23,254 nucleotides of DNA from Methanobacterium sp. GTDB taxonomy: Archaea; Methanobacteriota; Methanobacteria; Methanobacteriales; Methanobacteriaceae. The stretch lies in NCBI GenBank assembly GCA_003166335.1, contig PMWA01000022.1, forward strand, positions 1 to 23,254, written 5' to 3'. The notes under the pieces are model-generated. The model saw only the letters and a program-made list of their open reading frames with translations. It ran no database searches and had not been told where the DNA came from. This document shows, in pieces, positions 1 to 9,067 of this stretch (positions are counted from its first letter, which is position 1; every line of letters starts with the position of its first letter). A program made the position numbers and the translations under genes.

Positions 1-804
1 GTTTTAAGCAAATTTATATTAGGTTATTCAATTTTATTTACAGCTCATCTAGCAGTTCATTATAGTAATGATTATTTTGATGTTAAAGTGGATAAGTACA
101 ATGAATCAAACGCTATTTCGGGTGGTGGTAGGGGAATACTAGTTAAAAATCCTGAGTTAATGGGATTATCAAAAGTTTTATCCGTTTCTCTTTCAACTTT
201 ATCTCTAGCTATCGCGGCAATTTTTACAATTATATTTAGCTATCCACTTTCTTTCTTCTTATTCTTCCTATTTGGAAATCTTTTAGCATGGTTTTACACT
301 GCTCCTCCAATTAAATTAGTTTATAGGAGATTAGGAGAAATAGCTAATATAATTGCAGTTATTATATTTTTAGGTGCAGGCTTTTTTACTTTAATGGGAA
401 CTTTAACTATCCCATTCTGTATTTTTGCAATTCCAGTCATATTTTTACAAATAATTTTCATTAATAGTTTTGAAATTCCTGACATGGAAGGAGATAAAAT
501 AGGAGGTAAAATCACTTGGATAGTAACATGGGGCCGTGAATTTGGTTTCAGACTTATAACACTTTCTGGATTTTTAGCCACCATATCCTTCCTGTTAATA
601 CCGTTTACTCATCTATTTCCTTCAAGTTTAGATTTTCGAGTCCTTGTGATTATATCTTTAATTTCACTTAGCCTCGGAATCGTAGAATTAATAAAAAAAC
701 CTTTCGATAAAGAATCAGCCATTAAATTTGCAACCATCAACGTGGCATCTTTATTTATCATTTCTATTTTAATTGATGGTTACTTCATCTATATATTGAG
801 ATAA
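1..804 (+). CDS. UbiA-superfamily (MenA-like) membrane prenyltransferase, 5'-truncated by the window edge
   Basis: Frame 1 is open from base 1 (VLSKFILGYSILFTAHLAVHYSNDYFDVKVD...), so the ORF-track start at 88 is internal. It has the first Asp-rich motif NDYFD, a YTAPPIKL..RRLGE motif typical of MenA-like proteins, a second motif EIPDMEGDKIGGKIT and many hydrophobic helices. Confidence 0.85.
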   Translation, partial: VLSKFILGYSILFTAHLAVHYSNDYFDVKVDKYNESNAISGGGRGILVKNPELMGLSKVLSVSLSTLSLAIAAIFTIIFSYPLSFFLFFLFGNLLAWFYTAPPIKLVYRRLGEIANIIAVIIFLGAGFFTLMGTLTIPFCIFAIPVIFLQIIFINSFEIPDMEGDKIGGKITWIVTWGREFGFRLITLSGFLATISFLLIPFTHLFPSSLDFRVLVIISLISLSLGIVELIKKPFDKESAIKFATINVASLFIISILIDGYFIYILR

Positions 805-941
805 AATTGAATGTGCAAAATAAACTGTTTATTTTACATTCTAATAATTTTAAATATAATTTATATTAATATTTGTAAAAGAAGAAGAATTTTACAAATT
901 TCAAAATTATTATACTACATTTATATAATGGAGTTTGAGTT

Positions 942-2327
942 ATGAACATCTTGGATAAATTGGAATCAATTAAAAATCATGAAATCACTGCAGTGGATAA
1001 TTTAGATCTATTCTGCCAGACAATAGAGAAGAATAACACTAAATTAAATGTTTTTCTCGAAACAAAAATGGATGAAGCTCATAATATTGCCGAGAAAATA
1101 GATTCAAAAATTAATGAAGGCGAAAAAGTGGGAAAATTGGCTGGATTAGTGATTGGAGTTAAGAGCAATATAAATGTAGAGGATTTTCACATTACTGCTG
1201 CTTCCCGCACCCTTGAAAACTATTTAGGAAGTTATAATGCATCTGTGGTCGAGAATATAAGAGATGAGGATGGTATAATTATTGGAGTTACTAATATGGA
1301 TGAATTTGCAGCGGGTAGCTCTACTGAAACTTCTTATTTTGGATGTACTCAGAATCCCGCTGCACCTGGAAGGATACCGGGAGGATCTAGTGGGGGTAGT
1401 GCGGCGGCCGTTGCAGCTAAAATGTGCGATTTGAGTATTGGTTCAGATACGGGAGGATCTATTAGGAATCCTGCTTCACATTGTGGAGTAATGGGATTTA
1501 AACCAACATATGGTGCGGTTTCAAGGCAAGGATTACTGGATTTGGCTATGAGTTTTGATCAGATTGGATCATTTGCTTCTGAAGCTGCTGGAATAGCATT
1601 GATGTTAGAGACTATAATGGGTTTTGACTATAAGGAGTGCACAACTATTGATTGGGATGTGCCAGAGTTTACCAAAATGATTGTTTCTGATGAAGAAAGT
1701 TCACTGAAAGGTATGAAGTTGGGGTTGGTAAAGCAATTCTTTGAAGTATCTGATGATGGTATTGTTGATATAATTGAAGAATCAATCGATAATATGGAGG
1801 AGAATGGAGTTGAAGTAGTTGAATTAAGCTTCGATTATATTGATTTATGCTTACCTACTTACTATTTAATAAACTATGTTGAGTTTTTTTCAGCCACCCG
1901 TAAATATGATGGACGAAAATATGGTCATCGCATTGAAGAAGTGTGTGGTGATGAAGTTCTGCGTAGAATTCATACAGGTTCCTACATTAGTCAGAAGGAG
2001 TTCAGTGGAAAATATTATAAAAAAGCACTTCAGGCTAGGTCTCTCATAAGAAAGGAGATCACAAAGCTTCTTAAAAATGTAGATGCCATAGTAGGACCCA
2101 CAGTGCCTAAATTACCTCATAAAATTGGTACTTCACTGGAGCCTATGGAAATGTACGCTTATGACATCCTTACAGTGATAGCAAACCTTGCGGGAATACC
2201 TGCAGCTAGTGTTAAAGCGGGTGAAGTTAACGGAATTCCAGTGGGACTGCAATTTCAAGCTAAACCTTTAGATGATGATAAGATAGTGCAGCTTATGGCG
2301 GGATTCGAGCAAATAAATAAAATTTAA
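942..2327 (+). CDS. gatA: Asp-tRNA(Asn)/Glu-tRNA(Gln) amidotransferase subunit A
   Basis: Amidase signature: GVKSNI (catalytic Lys), [27 protein letters not shown] and [13 protein letters not shown]. Also [11 protein letters not shown] and C-terminal [24 protein letters not shown] upstream. Confidence 0.93.
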   Translation: MNILDKLESIKNHEITAVDNLDLFCQTIEKNNTKLNVFLETKMDEAHNIAEKIDSKINEGEKVGKLAGLVIGVKSNINVEDFHITAASRTLENYLGSYNASVVENIRDEDGIIIGVTNMDEFAAGSSTETSYFGCTQNPAAPGRIPGGSSGGSAAAVAAKMCDLSIGSDTGGSIRNPASHCGVMGFKPTYGAVSRQGLLDLAMSFDQIGSFASEAAGIALMLETIMGFDYKECTTIDWDVPEFTKMIVSDEESSLKGMKLGLVKQFFEVSDDGIVDIIEESIDNMEENGVEVVELSFDYIDLCLPTYYLINYVEFFSATRKYDGRKYGHRIEEVCGDEVLRRIHTGSYISQKEFSGKYYKKALQARSLIRKEITKLLKNVDAIVGPTVPKLPHKIGTSLEPMEMYAYDILTVIANLAGIPAASVKAGEVNGIPVGLQFQAKPLDDDKIVQLMAGFEQINKI

Positions 2328-2457
2328 AATAAGATTTGGTAAATACAAAATTTTGAGCTAAAAAAAAATGTAAGTTTATTCGTAAAATTCACATATTTTA
2401 TTTTTAAAGAATTATAAAATAAATTATTTTTTTTTAATGAAAATTAAAGTGAAAGAG

Positions 2458-3966
2458 ATGAAAATAGGTATTTTATATGTAAAGGGTGCCCTGCCGCTTT
2501 TTGAAGATTTTGGAAATTTACCTACTCATATTGTAAATGAATATGGCATGGTAAATGGTGTAAAGGCCCATAAAACATTGGATGGGCTTATAATACCTGG
2601 GGGTAGTATAATGGAATCAGAGAGTATAGGACCAGATATCCGGGCTGAAATTTATGAAATGGCGAGAAATGGGTCTTTTATTTTAGGGATATGTTCTGGA
2701 TTTCAGTTGCTAGCAAATAAGACTGATATTGGTCGAAGATCAGCATGCCCCATTGAAAAGGATGGGTTAGGGATTTTGGATGTATCTTTCAGTCCCATGA
2801 TCAGCAACGACCGTGTGGAAGCAGAAATAGTTGATGAATCTTTTTTAACCCAGGGAATGGTTAATGATCATATAACTGGTTTTCATTGCCATACTTATGG
2901 TCATATAAAAGGAGAAGCCATTCCACTCTGTTATTCAAGGATAAAAAGAATTGATTACACTACTAATCCTCAAAAAATCCTTTCAGGTGTTAAAAATGAT
3001 GATGGTAATGTAGTAGGAATAATGGTCCATGCTTCATTGGATGAAAATAGGGCACTGGTTCAAAATATACTGAATTTTATAGGTGCGAATGAAAAAGACA
3101 TTAAAAGTATAAGTAACGCTAACGCGGATCTAATGAGGAAAATGAAAAGTGAAATTGGTATAAACACTAATATTAATACTTATAACAATTTAAAATCACT
3201 TAAAATCCCATTGAAATCCATTGGAGCTCCTAAAACGATTATGATAGCCAGTACGGGATCTGATTCTGGTAAAACATTCATAACTACTGGGATGGTGGGT
3301 GTTTTAAGGGAAAAAGGTTACAAAACTTGTGTTTTGAAGGTAGGTCCTGATATACGGGATATAGTCCCCTCACTTTATCTTAACAAGGAGAGAATGGAGA
3401 ATTTCTCTTCAATAAAGATAGATGGCTTGGGCTGGAAGGATTTAAGAATAGTTTTGAGCGACGTGAAGTTGCAAAATTATGATATAATCCTAGTTGAGGG
3501 TGTTATGAGCATATTCACTGGTATGCTAAATGAGAAAATCCCATTCTCATCGGCAGAAATCGCAATGGCAGGAAATATACCGGTCTTACTAGTTTCGGCT
3601 TGTAATAAGGGAGGAATTGAAACTGCCGCTGTTGATATTGTAGGTCACGTGAAAATAATGAGTAAACTGGGAATTAAAGTAAAAGGAGCTATTTTGAATA
3701 AAGTTTATGATAAAAAAATAGCAGATAACGCTCAAAATTATATTAAAACAGAAACTGATCTAGAATTGATAGAACAAATTCCCAAGATTAAAATCGATGA
3801 AAGGGGTAACACGCCTGAAGTGGAGATGAAACTGGATGAATTCTGTTTAAATGCAATGGAGACTGTTAATAAATACTTAGATGTGGATAAAATTGTTGAA
3901 ATGGCTGATTACCCTAAATTTATTGGATATACAGATTATAAGACTATTTTAAATATATTTAATTAA
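2458..3966 (+). CDS. CobB/CobQ-related amidotransferase with an N-terminal class I glutaminase and a C-terminal CobB/CbiA-type ATPase domain; substrate unknown
   Basis: N-terminal half: IIPGGS, GICSGFQ (nucleophile elbow), GFHCH and GIMVH. C-terminal half: ASTGSDSGKT P-loop, KVGPD, VEGVM and ILNKV as in CbiA/CobB synthetase domains. The ATG at 2458 (MKIGILYV) is preferred over 2437, but the start is uncertain. Confidence 0.75.
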   Translation: MKIGILYVKGALPLFEDFGNLPTHIVNEYGMVNGVKAHKTLDGLIIPGGSIMESESIGPDIRAEIYEMARNGSFILGICSGFQLLANKTDIGRRSACPIEKDGLGILDVSFSPMISNDRVEAEIVDESFLTQGMVNDHITGFHCHTYGHIKGEAIPLCYSRIKRIDYTTNPQKILSGVKNDDGNVVGIMVHASLDENRALVQNILNFIGANEKDIKSISNANADLMRKMKSEIGINTNINTYNNLKSLKIPLKSIGAPKTIMIASTGSDSGKTFITTGMVGVLREKGYKTCVLKVGPDIRDIVPSLYLNKERMENFSSIKIDGLGWKDLRIVLSDVKLQNYDIILVEGVMSIFTGMLNEKIPFSSAEIAMAGNIPVLLVSACNKGGIETAAVDIVGHVKIMSKLGIKVKGAILNKVYDKKIADNAQNYIKTETDLELIEQIPKIKIDERGNTPEVEMKLDEFCLNAMETVNKYLDVDKIVEMADYPKFIGYTDYKTILNIFN

Positions 3967-3974
3967 TAGATTTT

Positions 3975-4655
3975 TTATATGCATTGTTTTTGTATGACAC
4001 TATCTAATTCTTTTAATGCACTTTTATATTCGACTTCTGTTATATTTCCATGGTTTAACATGGCTTTAAGCTCAAAAGCAATTGTTTTAGCTGTTACTTC
4101 TTTTTTTCTATCTTTAAGATTAGCATAACCCATACGAATAACCGGGTTTTTATCCGCTAGATCATCTAAGCTGGCGCTACTTCGTCTTGATGTTTCTGTT
4201 TTACATTGTGCACTAATTACTTCTAAGTTAACATATTTAGCATTCGTATTCAGCGGCTGAATTGCTTTAAGTGTAACTAAAGGTACTTTATCGTTAACGG
4301 CTCTGCGAAAAGTGTCAAAATTGACAGAATAACTATCCTGCAGATTTCGGGGTTTATTGTTTAGTACATGATTTAAACTATCAATGAATATATAAACTCT
4401 CCCTCCCTTTTTACCATAAATATTACCTGTTTCCGGATAGTAGGAGGTGCCTAGTTTACAAACCCATTCCTTTTTGTATTCATGATTTGTAATTGTTACA
4501 TAGAATTCGTATGAGCCTGTTTCTCCTAGTTCTCTTTTTTTAATTTCGCTAATATAAATTTCGCCTGATATTTCTTCTCCACTAACTAAATCATTTAAAA
4601 ATTTGGTTTGATAATCTTCAGTTTTTCCTCTACCAATAATTCCAAGATCTAGCAT
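3975..4655 (-). CDS. Hypothetical protein (226 aa) with a SHOCT-like C-terminal motif
   Basis: Long ORF with a GGTGA RBS just upstream. The C-terminus MLNHGNITEVEYKSALKEL resembles the SHOCT pattern. No family recognised. Confidence 0.75.
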   Translation of the reverse strand: MLDLGIIGRGKTEDYQTKFLNDLVSGEEISGEIYISEIKKRELGETGSYEFYVTITNHEYKKEWVCKLGTSYYPETGNIYGKKGGRVYIFIDSLNHVLNNKPRNLQDSYSVNFDTFRRAVNDKVPLVTLKAIQPLNTNAKYVNLEVISAQCKTETSRRSSASLDDLADKNPVIRMGYANLKDRKKEVTAKTIAFELKAMLNHGNITEVEYKSALKELDSVIQKQCI

Positions 4656-4921
4656 ATAATCACCAACTCTTAGCTTTAATTATGTTAATAGATTATTGTT
4701 ATGACTTTCGATTTTCAGTCAGTTTATGGGGTTTATTTATTCCCGAATGATTATTATAGAAATTAATATCATTCGAAAATATGAACATGTAAAAAAAAAA
4801 ATTTATATCTAAATTTAAAATAATTGGATAAAAGCATTTTTTTATAAATAAAAAAATGAATAGAGGTAAAATTTATTAATATTTTGTTTTTAAGGCTTTC
4901 GTGGTGTTTATAGTTATTTTA

Positions 4922-5605
4922 CTATAATTTGGATTCTTTAAATTCCATATAAGCTTCAATCACTTCAGCTCCACTTAAAAACTCTAGATTATTCGTCTTA
5001 GCATATCTCTCTGCATCGTCAGTAGTCATTGAATCCTTGGTAATGTCGTCCATCATTTCACAGCAAACAGCCACGGGGGTGACTCCCGCCATTTCCGCCA
5101 GAGCTATACTCAACTCGGTATGTCCTCTTCTTTTAAGAACATGTCCTTCTGCAGCTCTAAGTAAAGTGACATGACCCGGAGAACGGAAGTATTTACCTAA
5201 ACTAGCGTAATCTCCATTTTTACATAATAATGCTAATTCTTTTATAGTATAAGCCCTATCATTATCGGTAATACCGGTAAAGGTTTTTCTATGATTTACG
5301 GTTATAGAAAACGCTGATTTTTCATCATAGGGTATGTCTGTTGGCGATAATTCTGATAGTACTGGATATTTAGCACTGGCAACATCCATTATATCAGTCA
5401 TAAAAGGAACCCCTAATTTATTTGAAACTTCAGAGGACAGAGGTACACATAAAAGCCCACCAGCATCGTTTCTTAAGGTGGTCATGTGTTGAGGGGTCAT
5501 GTGCTCCCCAGCTACTATCATATCTGTTTCTTTTTCACGATTATCATCATCAAATATTAGTATAATTTCACCAGTTTTAAATGCGTCCAATGCTTTTGTT
5601 ATCAT
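4922..5605 (-). CDS. ribB: 3,4-dihydroxy-2-butanone-4-phosphate synthase
   Basis: Motifs FDDDNREKETD, FTGITDNDRA, FRSPGHV, RRGHTE and VCCEMM; adjacent to riboflavin kinase. Confidence 0.95.
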   Translation of the reverse strand: MITKALDAFKTGEIILIFDDDNREKETDMIVAGEHMTPQHMTTLRNDAGGLLCVPLSSEVSNKLGVPFMTDIMDVASAKYPVLSELSPTDIPYDEKSAFSITVNHRKTFTGITDNDRAYTIKELALLCKNGDYASLGKYFRSPGHVTLLRAAEGHVLKRRGHTELSIALAEMAGVTPVAVCCEMMDDITKDSMTTDDAERYAKTNNLEFLSGAEVIEAYMEFKESKL

Positions 5606-5637
5606 ATTTTAATCCCTCTTTTATAATCCATAAAATT

Positions 5638-6018
5638 TTAATATTTTAACATTAAAGTTACGAAATCTCCATCTTTAAGTTTTAAATCTTCTCTGAGATT
5701 CTCACCAGCTATAAATTCTAATATTTTAGGAGGATGTTCTGTTTTAGCTGGGAAAAGCAGAGCACCATTTATTTTATTATTTAAAGTGGATTTTATGTAA
5801 TTAACGTCTCCAAATCCTTCGTTCCCATGGATAATGTTCATCTTCTCTTTAGGTATTTTAATTATTTCTTCCAGATATTCTTCACCCACTTCAATATTCA
5901 AGGTGCCAGGAAAAGGTTTAAAACCTAAAATATGTTTAAATTGATCACTATAAATTTTTCGTGACACAAAATAACTTCCTTTCCGGGTTCCAGAAACTAT
6001 TACTCCACTAATAATCAT
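5638..6018 (-). CDS. ribK: Archaeal CTP-dependent riboflavin kinase
   Basis: G.IVSG..KG.YF, LGFKPFPGTLN, P.KT.H and LE.IA..NLR..L.LKDGD motifs; 126 aa; same orientation as ribB and immediately upstream of it. Confidence 0.92.
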   Translation of the reverse strand: MIISGVIVSGTRKGSYFVSRKIYSDQFKHILGFKPFPGTLNIEVGEEYLEEIIKIPKEKMNIIHGNEGFGDVNYIKSTLNNKINGALLFPAKTEHPPKILEFIAGENLREDLKLKDGDFVTLMLKY

Positions 6019-6064
6019 TCAAAACACATTTTTCTAATTTTATTACATAGAATCATTAAATAAA

Positions 6065-6697
6065 CTAATCCAAAATTTTTTTAAAAGCTTGTGTAGCAAG
6101 AATATGAGCTTGTCTTATAGGTTCCGGAGTTTTAAATATACTCGTATCATTAAATAACTCTATGGCAGTTTTAAGAGATATTTTATGACCAATGCTCACA
6201 TAAAAACCGTTTAAATAAGCTCCTAAAATTTCATTTGTAAATATTATAAGTTCTGGGAAGTGATTGCCTTCAACTATATGAATTCCAACAATTAATCTTT
6301 TTGCCACACCTAAAGTAGGCTTATCAATCATTACACCCACTTGAGAAGCTAACCCAAATCCACGGGGATGGAGCACACCATGACCATTAATCATAACTAC
6401 ATCATAATCCCTTTTTAAACCATTCAAGACAGAAACCATTGCATTAGCTTCCCTGAATCCTAGAAATCCAGATTTATAAGGAAATAAAAGTTCAACTTCT
6501 TGGATTATTGTTTCAATTATTTCTAAATTATAAAGGTCAATAAGTACAGCTGCCGCCACCGCCTGATTATCCTGGGAAAAGGACACATCGACGCCAGCTA
6601 TGATTTTCAATTCTTTAAAATCATCTTTTTTAATTACATGTTCTGCTAACATATTCTGTATATTTGCTAAATTCGTATTTAAATCATAGGAGTACAT
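6065..6697 (-). CDS. nfi: Endonuclease V family protein (one catalytic Asp replaced by Asn)
   Basis: IAGVDVSF, FPYKSGFLGFRE, G.G..HPRGFGLAS..G, GVAKR, YVSIGH and PEPIRQAH motifs. Confidence 0.9.
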   Translation of the reverse strand: MYSYDLNTNLANIQNMLAEHVIKKDDFKELKIIAGVDVSFSQDNQAVAAAVLIDLYNLEIIETIIQEVELLFPYKSGFLGFREANAMVSVLNGLKRDYDVVMINGHGVLHPRGFGLASQVGVMIDKPTLGVAKRLIVGIHIVEGNHFPELIIFTNEILGAYLNGFYVSIGHKISLKTAIELFNDTSIFKTPEPIRQAHILATQAFKKILD

Positions 6698-6960
6698 TAT
6701 AAACTTTAAATGGATTTATAAAAGGTTAAATGGGCAGACGTGACTTGATTTTAGCTGTTATTTTTCAGGCAGATTTATAATTTTTTAGGATAATCCCGGA
6801 TGGAGATTTATAAACAGTTAATTCAACAATTTATAATTAATAAGAAATTTGATTTTATTTTTTATGTATATTTTTATTATTTAATTCGTTTAATTATTTA
6901 TTTATTTTTCTCAAATGATTATCACAAAATAAATAAACTCTATTAATTAATCTAATCTTT

Positions 6961-8610
6961 ATGGAAAACGAGATTTATCAATGTGATGTTCTAGTTATAG
7001 GATCAGGTGGAGCGGGATGTAGAGCAGCTATAGAAGCTCGTAAACATGAATTAAATGTTATAATTGTTTCTAAAGGTTTATCATTTAAATCTGGATGTAC
7101 CACTCTGGCGGAGGGAGGATATAATGCTGCTTTAGGGTACGTTGATGAAGAAGATTCTATAGAAACTCATTTTAAGGATACAATGAAAGGAGGAGCCTAC
7201 CTAAATGATCCAAAACTAGTGAAAATCTTAGTGGAGGAAGCACCCGAAAGATTGAAGGAGCTTGAACATTTCGGAGCTCTCTTCGATCGACAGGAATCAG
7301 GCAAACTCAATCAAAGAGCATTCGGAGGACAAACTTATCGAAGAACATGCTTCCAAGGTGATCGAACAGGTCATGAAATGATGACAGCCTTAAAAGAAGA
7401 GGTAACACGTTTAGATATTGAAAACATAGAGGAATTAGTGATCACATCACTCATCACAGATGAATCAGATGGAAGTGTACAGGGAGCATGCGGAATATCC
7501 ATCAGAACATCTAATTTCATCATATTCCAATCTAAATCCACTATTTTAGCCACGGGTGGAGGAGGATGGTTATATCCAGTAACATCCAATGCACTACAGA
7601 AAACTGGTGATGGATATTCACTTGCTTATAATGCAGGAGCAGATCTTCTGGATATGGAGCAGGTTCAATTCCATCCCACGGGCATGTTATATCCAGAGTC
7701 AAGAAGAGGAGTTTTAATAACGGAAGCTGCAAGAGGAGAAGGTGGAAGGCTTATCAATGCTAAGGGTGAGCGTTTCATGAAAAAATATGATCCACGAGGC
7801 GAACTAGCCACTCGAGACATAGTAGCTCGAGCCATATACCAGGAAATAATAGAGGGAAGGGGTACACCGAGAGGAGGAGTATATTTAGATGTGACACATC
7901 TTTCCAGGGAATTAATAGAAGAGAAACTTGAAACTATGCTCCTGCAATTCCTAGATGTAGATGTGGATATAAGAGAGGAACCTATGGAAGTGGCGCCTAC
8001 GGCACATCATTTTATGGGTGGAGCATGGATAAATGAACATGGTATGACATCAATCAAAAATTTATATGCTGCAGGAGAAGCTACTGGTGGCGTGCATGGC
8101 GCTAATCGATTGGGAGGAAACGCTTTAGCTGATACTCAAGTTTTCGGCAGAAGAGCCGGCGAATCAGCTGCAAAAAATGTATCAAAGACTAAATCAACAT
8201 TTAACATGGAGCAGGCCATTGCAGAGAAAGATAGAATCAAGGCACTATTTAATGACGGTGATTATCATCCATTTAATATTAAAAAAGAGTTAGAAGAAGT
8301 CATGTGGAAAAATGTGGCTATAATTCGTAATGCTAAAGGATTGAAAATAGCACGTGAAAAAATTAATGAACTTAAAGGAAGGCTGAGTAATCTAAATGTT
8401 CCAAATGTAGAGGCATTCAATAAAGATCTACAAGATGCATTAGAAGTTGAGAAGATGCTTAATATAGCGGATTTAGTTGCTGAATCAGCTTTAATCCGAG
8501 AAGAAAGTAGAGGAGCTCATTATCGAAGTGATTATCCCAAACCTCGGGATGAATGGAAAAAGAGTATTGTAGTAAATAAGGATAAAGATATTAGATTCAT
8601 TCAAAGATAA
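6961..8610 (+). CDS. tfrA: Thiol (CoM/CoB):fumarate reductase flavoprotein subunit A
   Basis: SdhA/FrdA fold: GSGGAG FAD motif, QFHPTG, TEAARGEGG, ELATRDIVAR, HHFMGG, GVHGANRLGGN and REESRGAHYR. KSGCTTLAEGG lacks the covalent-FAD His, which fits a methanogen TfrA. Confidence 0.88.
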   Translation: MENEIYQCDVLVIGSGGAGCRAAIEARKHELNVIIVSKGLSFKSGCTTLAEGGYNAALGYVDEEDSIETHFKDTMKGGAYLNDPKLVKILVEEAPERLKELEHFGALFDRQESGKLNQRAFGGQTYRRTCFQGDRTGHEMMTALKEEVTRLDIENIEELVITSLITDESDGSVQGACGISIRTSNFIIFQSKSTILATGGGGWLYPVTSNALQKTGDGYSLAYNAGADLLDMEQVQFHPTGMLYPESRRGVLITEAARGEGGRLINAKGERFMKKYDPRGELATRDIVARAIYQEIIEGRGTPRGGVYLDVTHLSRELIEEKLETMLLQFLDVDVDIREEPMEVAPTAHHFMGGAWINEHGMTSIKNLYAAGEATGGVHGANRLGGNALADTQVFGRRAGESAAKNVSKTKSTFNMEQAIAEKDRIKALFNDGDYHPFNIKKELEEVMWKNVAIIRNAKGLKIAREKINELKGRLSNLNVPNVEAFNKDLQDALEVEKMLNIADLVAESALIREESRGAHYRSDYPKPRDEWKKSIVVNKDKDIRFIQR

Positions 8611-8626
8611 AAATTTTAGAGAAGTA

Positions 8627-8698
8627 TGCCCTGACCGGGACTTGAACCCGAGTGATAGGATCCGCAATCCTATGTGATATCCACTACACTATCAGGGC
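8627..8698 (-). tRNA. tRNA-Arg(GCG), intronless, CCA not encoded
   Basis: Minus strand reads GCCCTGA-TA-GTGTAGTGGATATCAC-A-TAGGA-TTGCGGA-TCCTA-TCAC-TCGGG-TTCAAGT-CCCGG-TCAGGGC-A. This gives a 7-bp acceptor stem, anticodon GCG, a TTCAA T-loop and the A20 Arg identity element. Confidence 0.96.
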
Positions 8699-8863
8699 CA
8701 ATAATAAAAAAAATAATTCCTCAAAAATTTTCTTTCATTCGAATCTATAAAATTAAATTGATTTTATTTTTATTTAAATTTTAAGGTGGATTAGTACTAT
8801 ACTTTAAAAAAATTTATTAGCAGATTTTAAATTCATAAAATCAGTTTAATAATCTTATTATTT

Positions 8864-9067
8864 TCATTTTAATAAGATATATATTTGCATTGCTGTCTAT
8901 AGAATGTTACCAAAGCCCATGTTATAACTTGGGATAATGTATGTTTATTTTATGAAGGTACACACGACTTCACATTACTAATGGAATAATATTAAACTGA
9001 ATATCAATCCGGGGATGCCGAAGATATATATCAAAAGACAACAGGTCCTGCAACACCCATGAACTGA
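8864..9067 (-). pseudogene. Degraded 3' remnant of a PAP2-like membrane protein gene, paralogous to 15446..16054
   Basis: Stitched translation is MGVAGPVV/LIYIFGIPGLIFSLI/IPLVM*SRVYLHKI/HTLSQVITWALVTFY/TAMQIYILLK*. It aligns colinearly with IGVAGPAAALIYVFGYTGLIFIILIPLVIWSRLYLKRHTFYQVIVGASLGFTLTALQIYLL. There are four frameshifts and a TGA at 8970..8972 where the intact gene has Trp. Confidence 0.85.

Noticed and set aside
6713..6813. Three GATTTATAA copies (6713, 6772, 6805) between nfi and tfrA as a repeat array or riboswitch
   Set aside because: Short, irregularly spaced TATA-like words in a divergent promoter region, with no CRISPR-like periodicity and no recognisable FMN-riboswitch structure.
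7075..7120. Missing covalent-FAD histidine in the SdhA-like protein as a sign of inactivation
   Set aside because: The catalytic motifs are intact, and absence of this His fits soluble methanogen TfrA-type flavoproteins.
8627..8698. tRNA-Arg as the attachment site of an integrative element carrying mta genes
   Set aside because: The tRNA 3' end faces tfrA rather than the cassette. I found no duplicated tRNA 3' end, integrase or transposase in the window.
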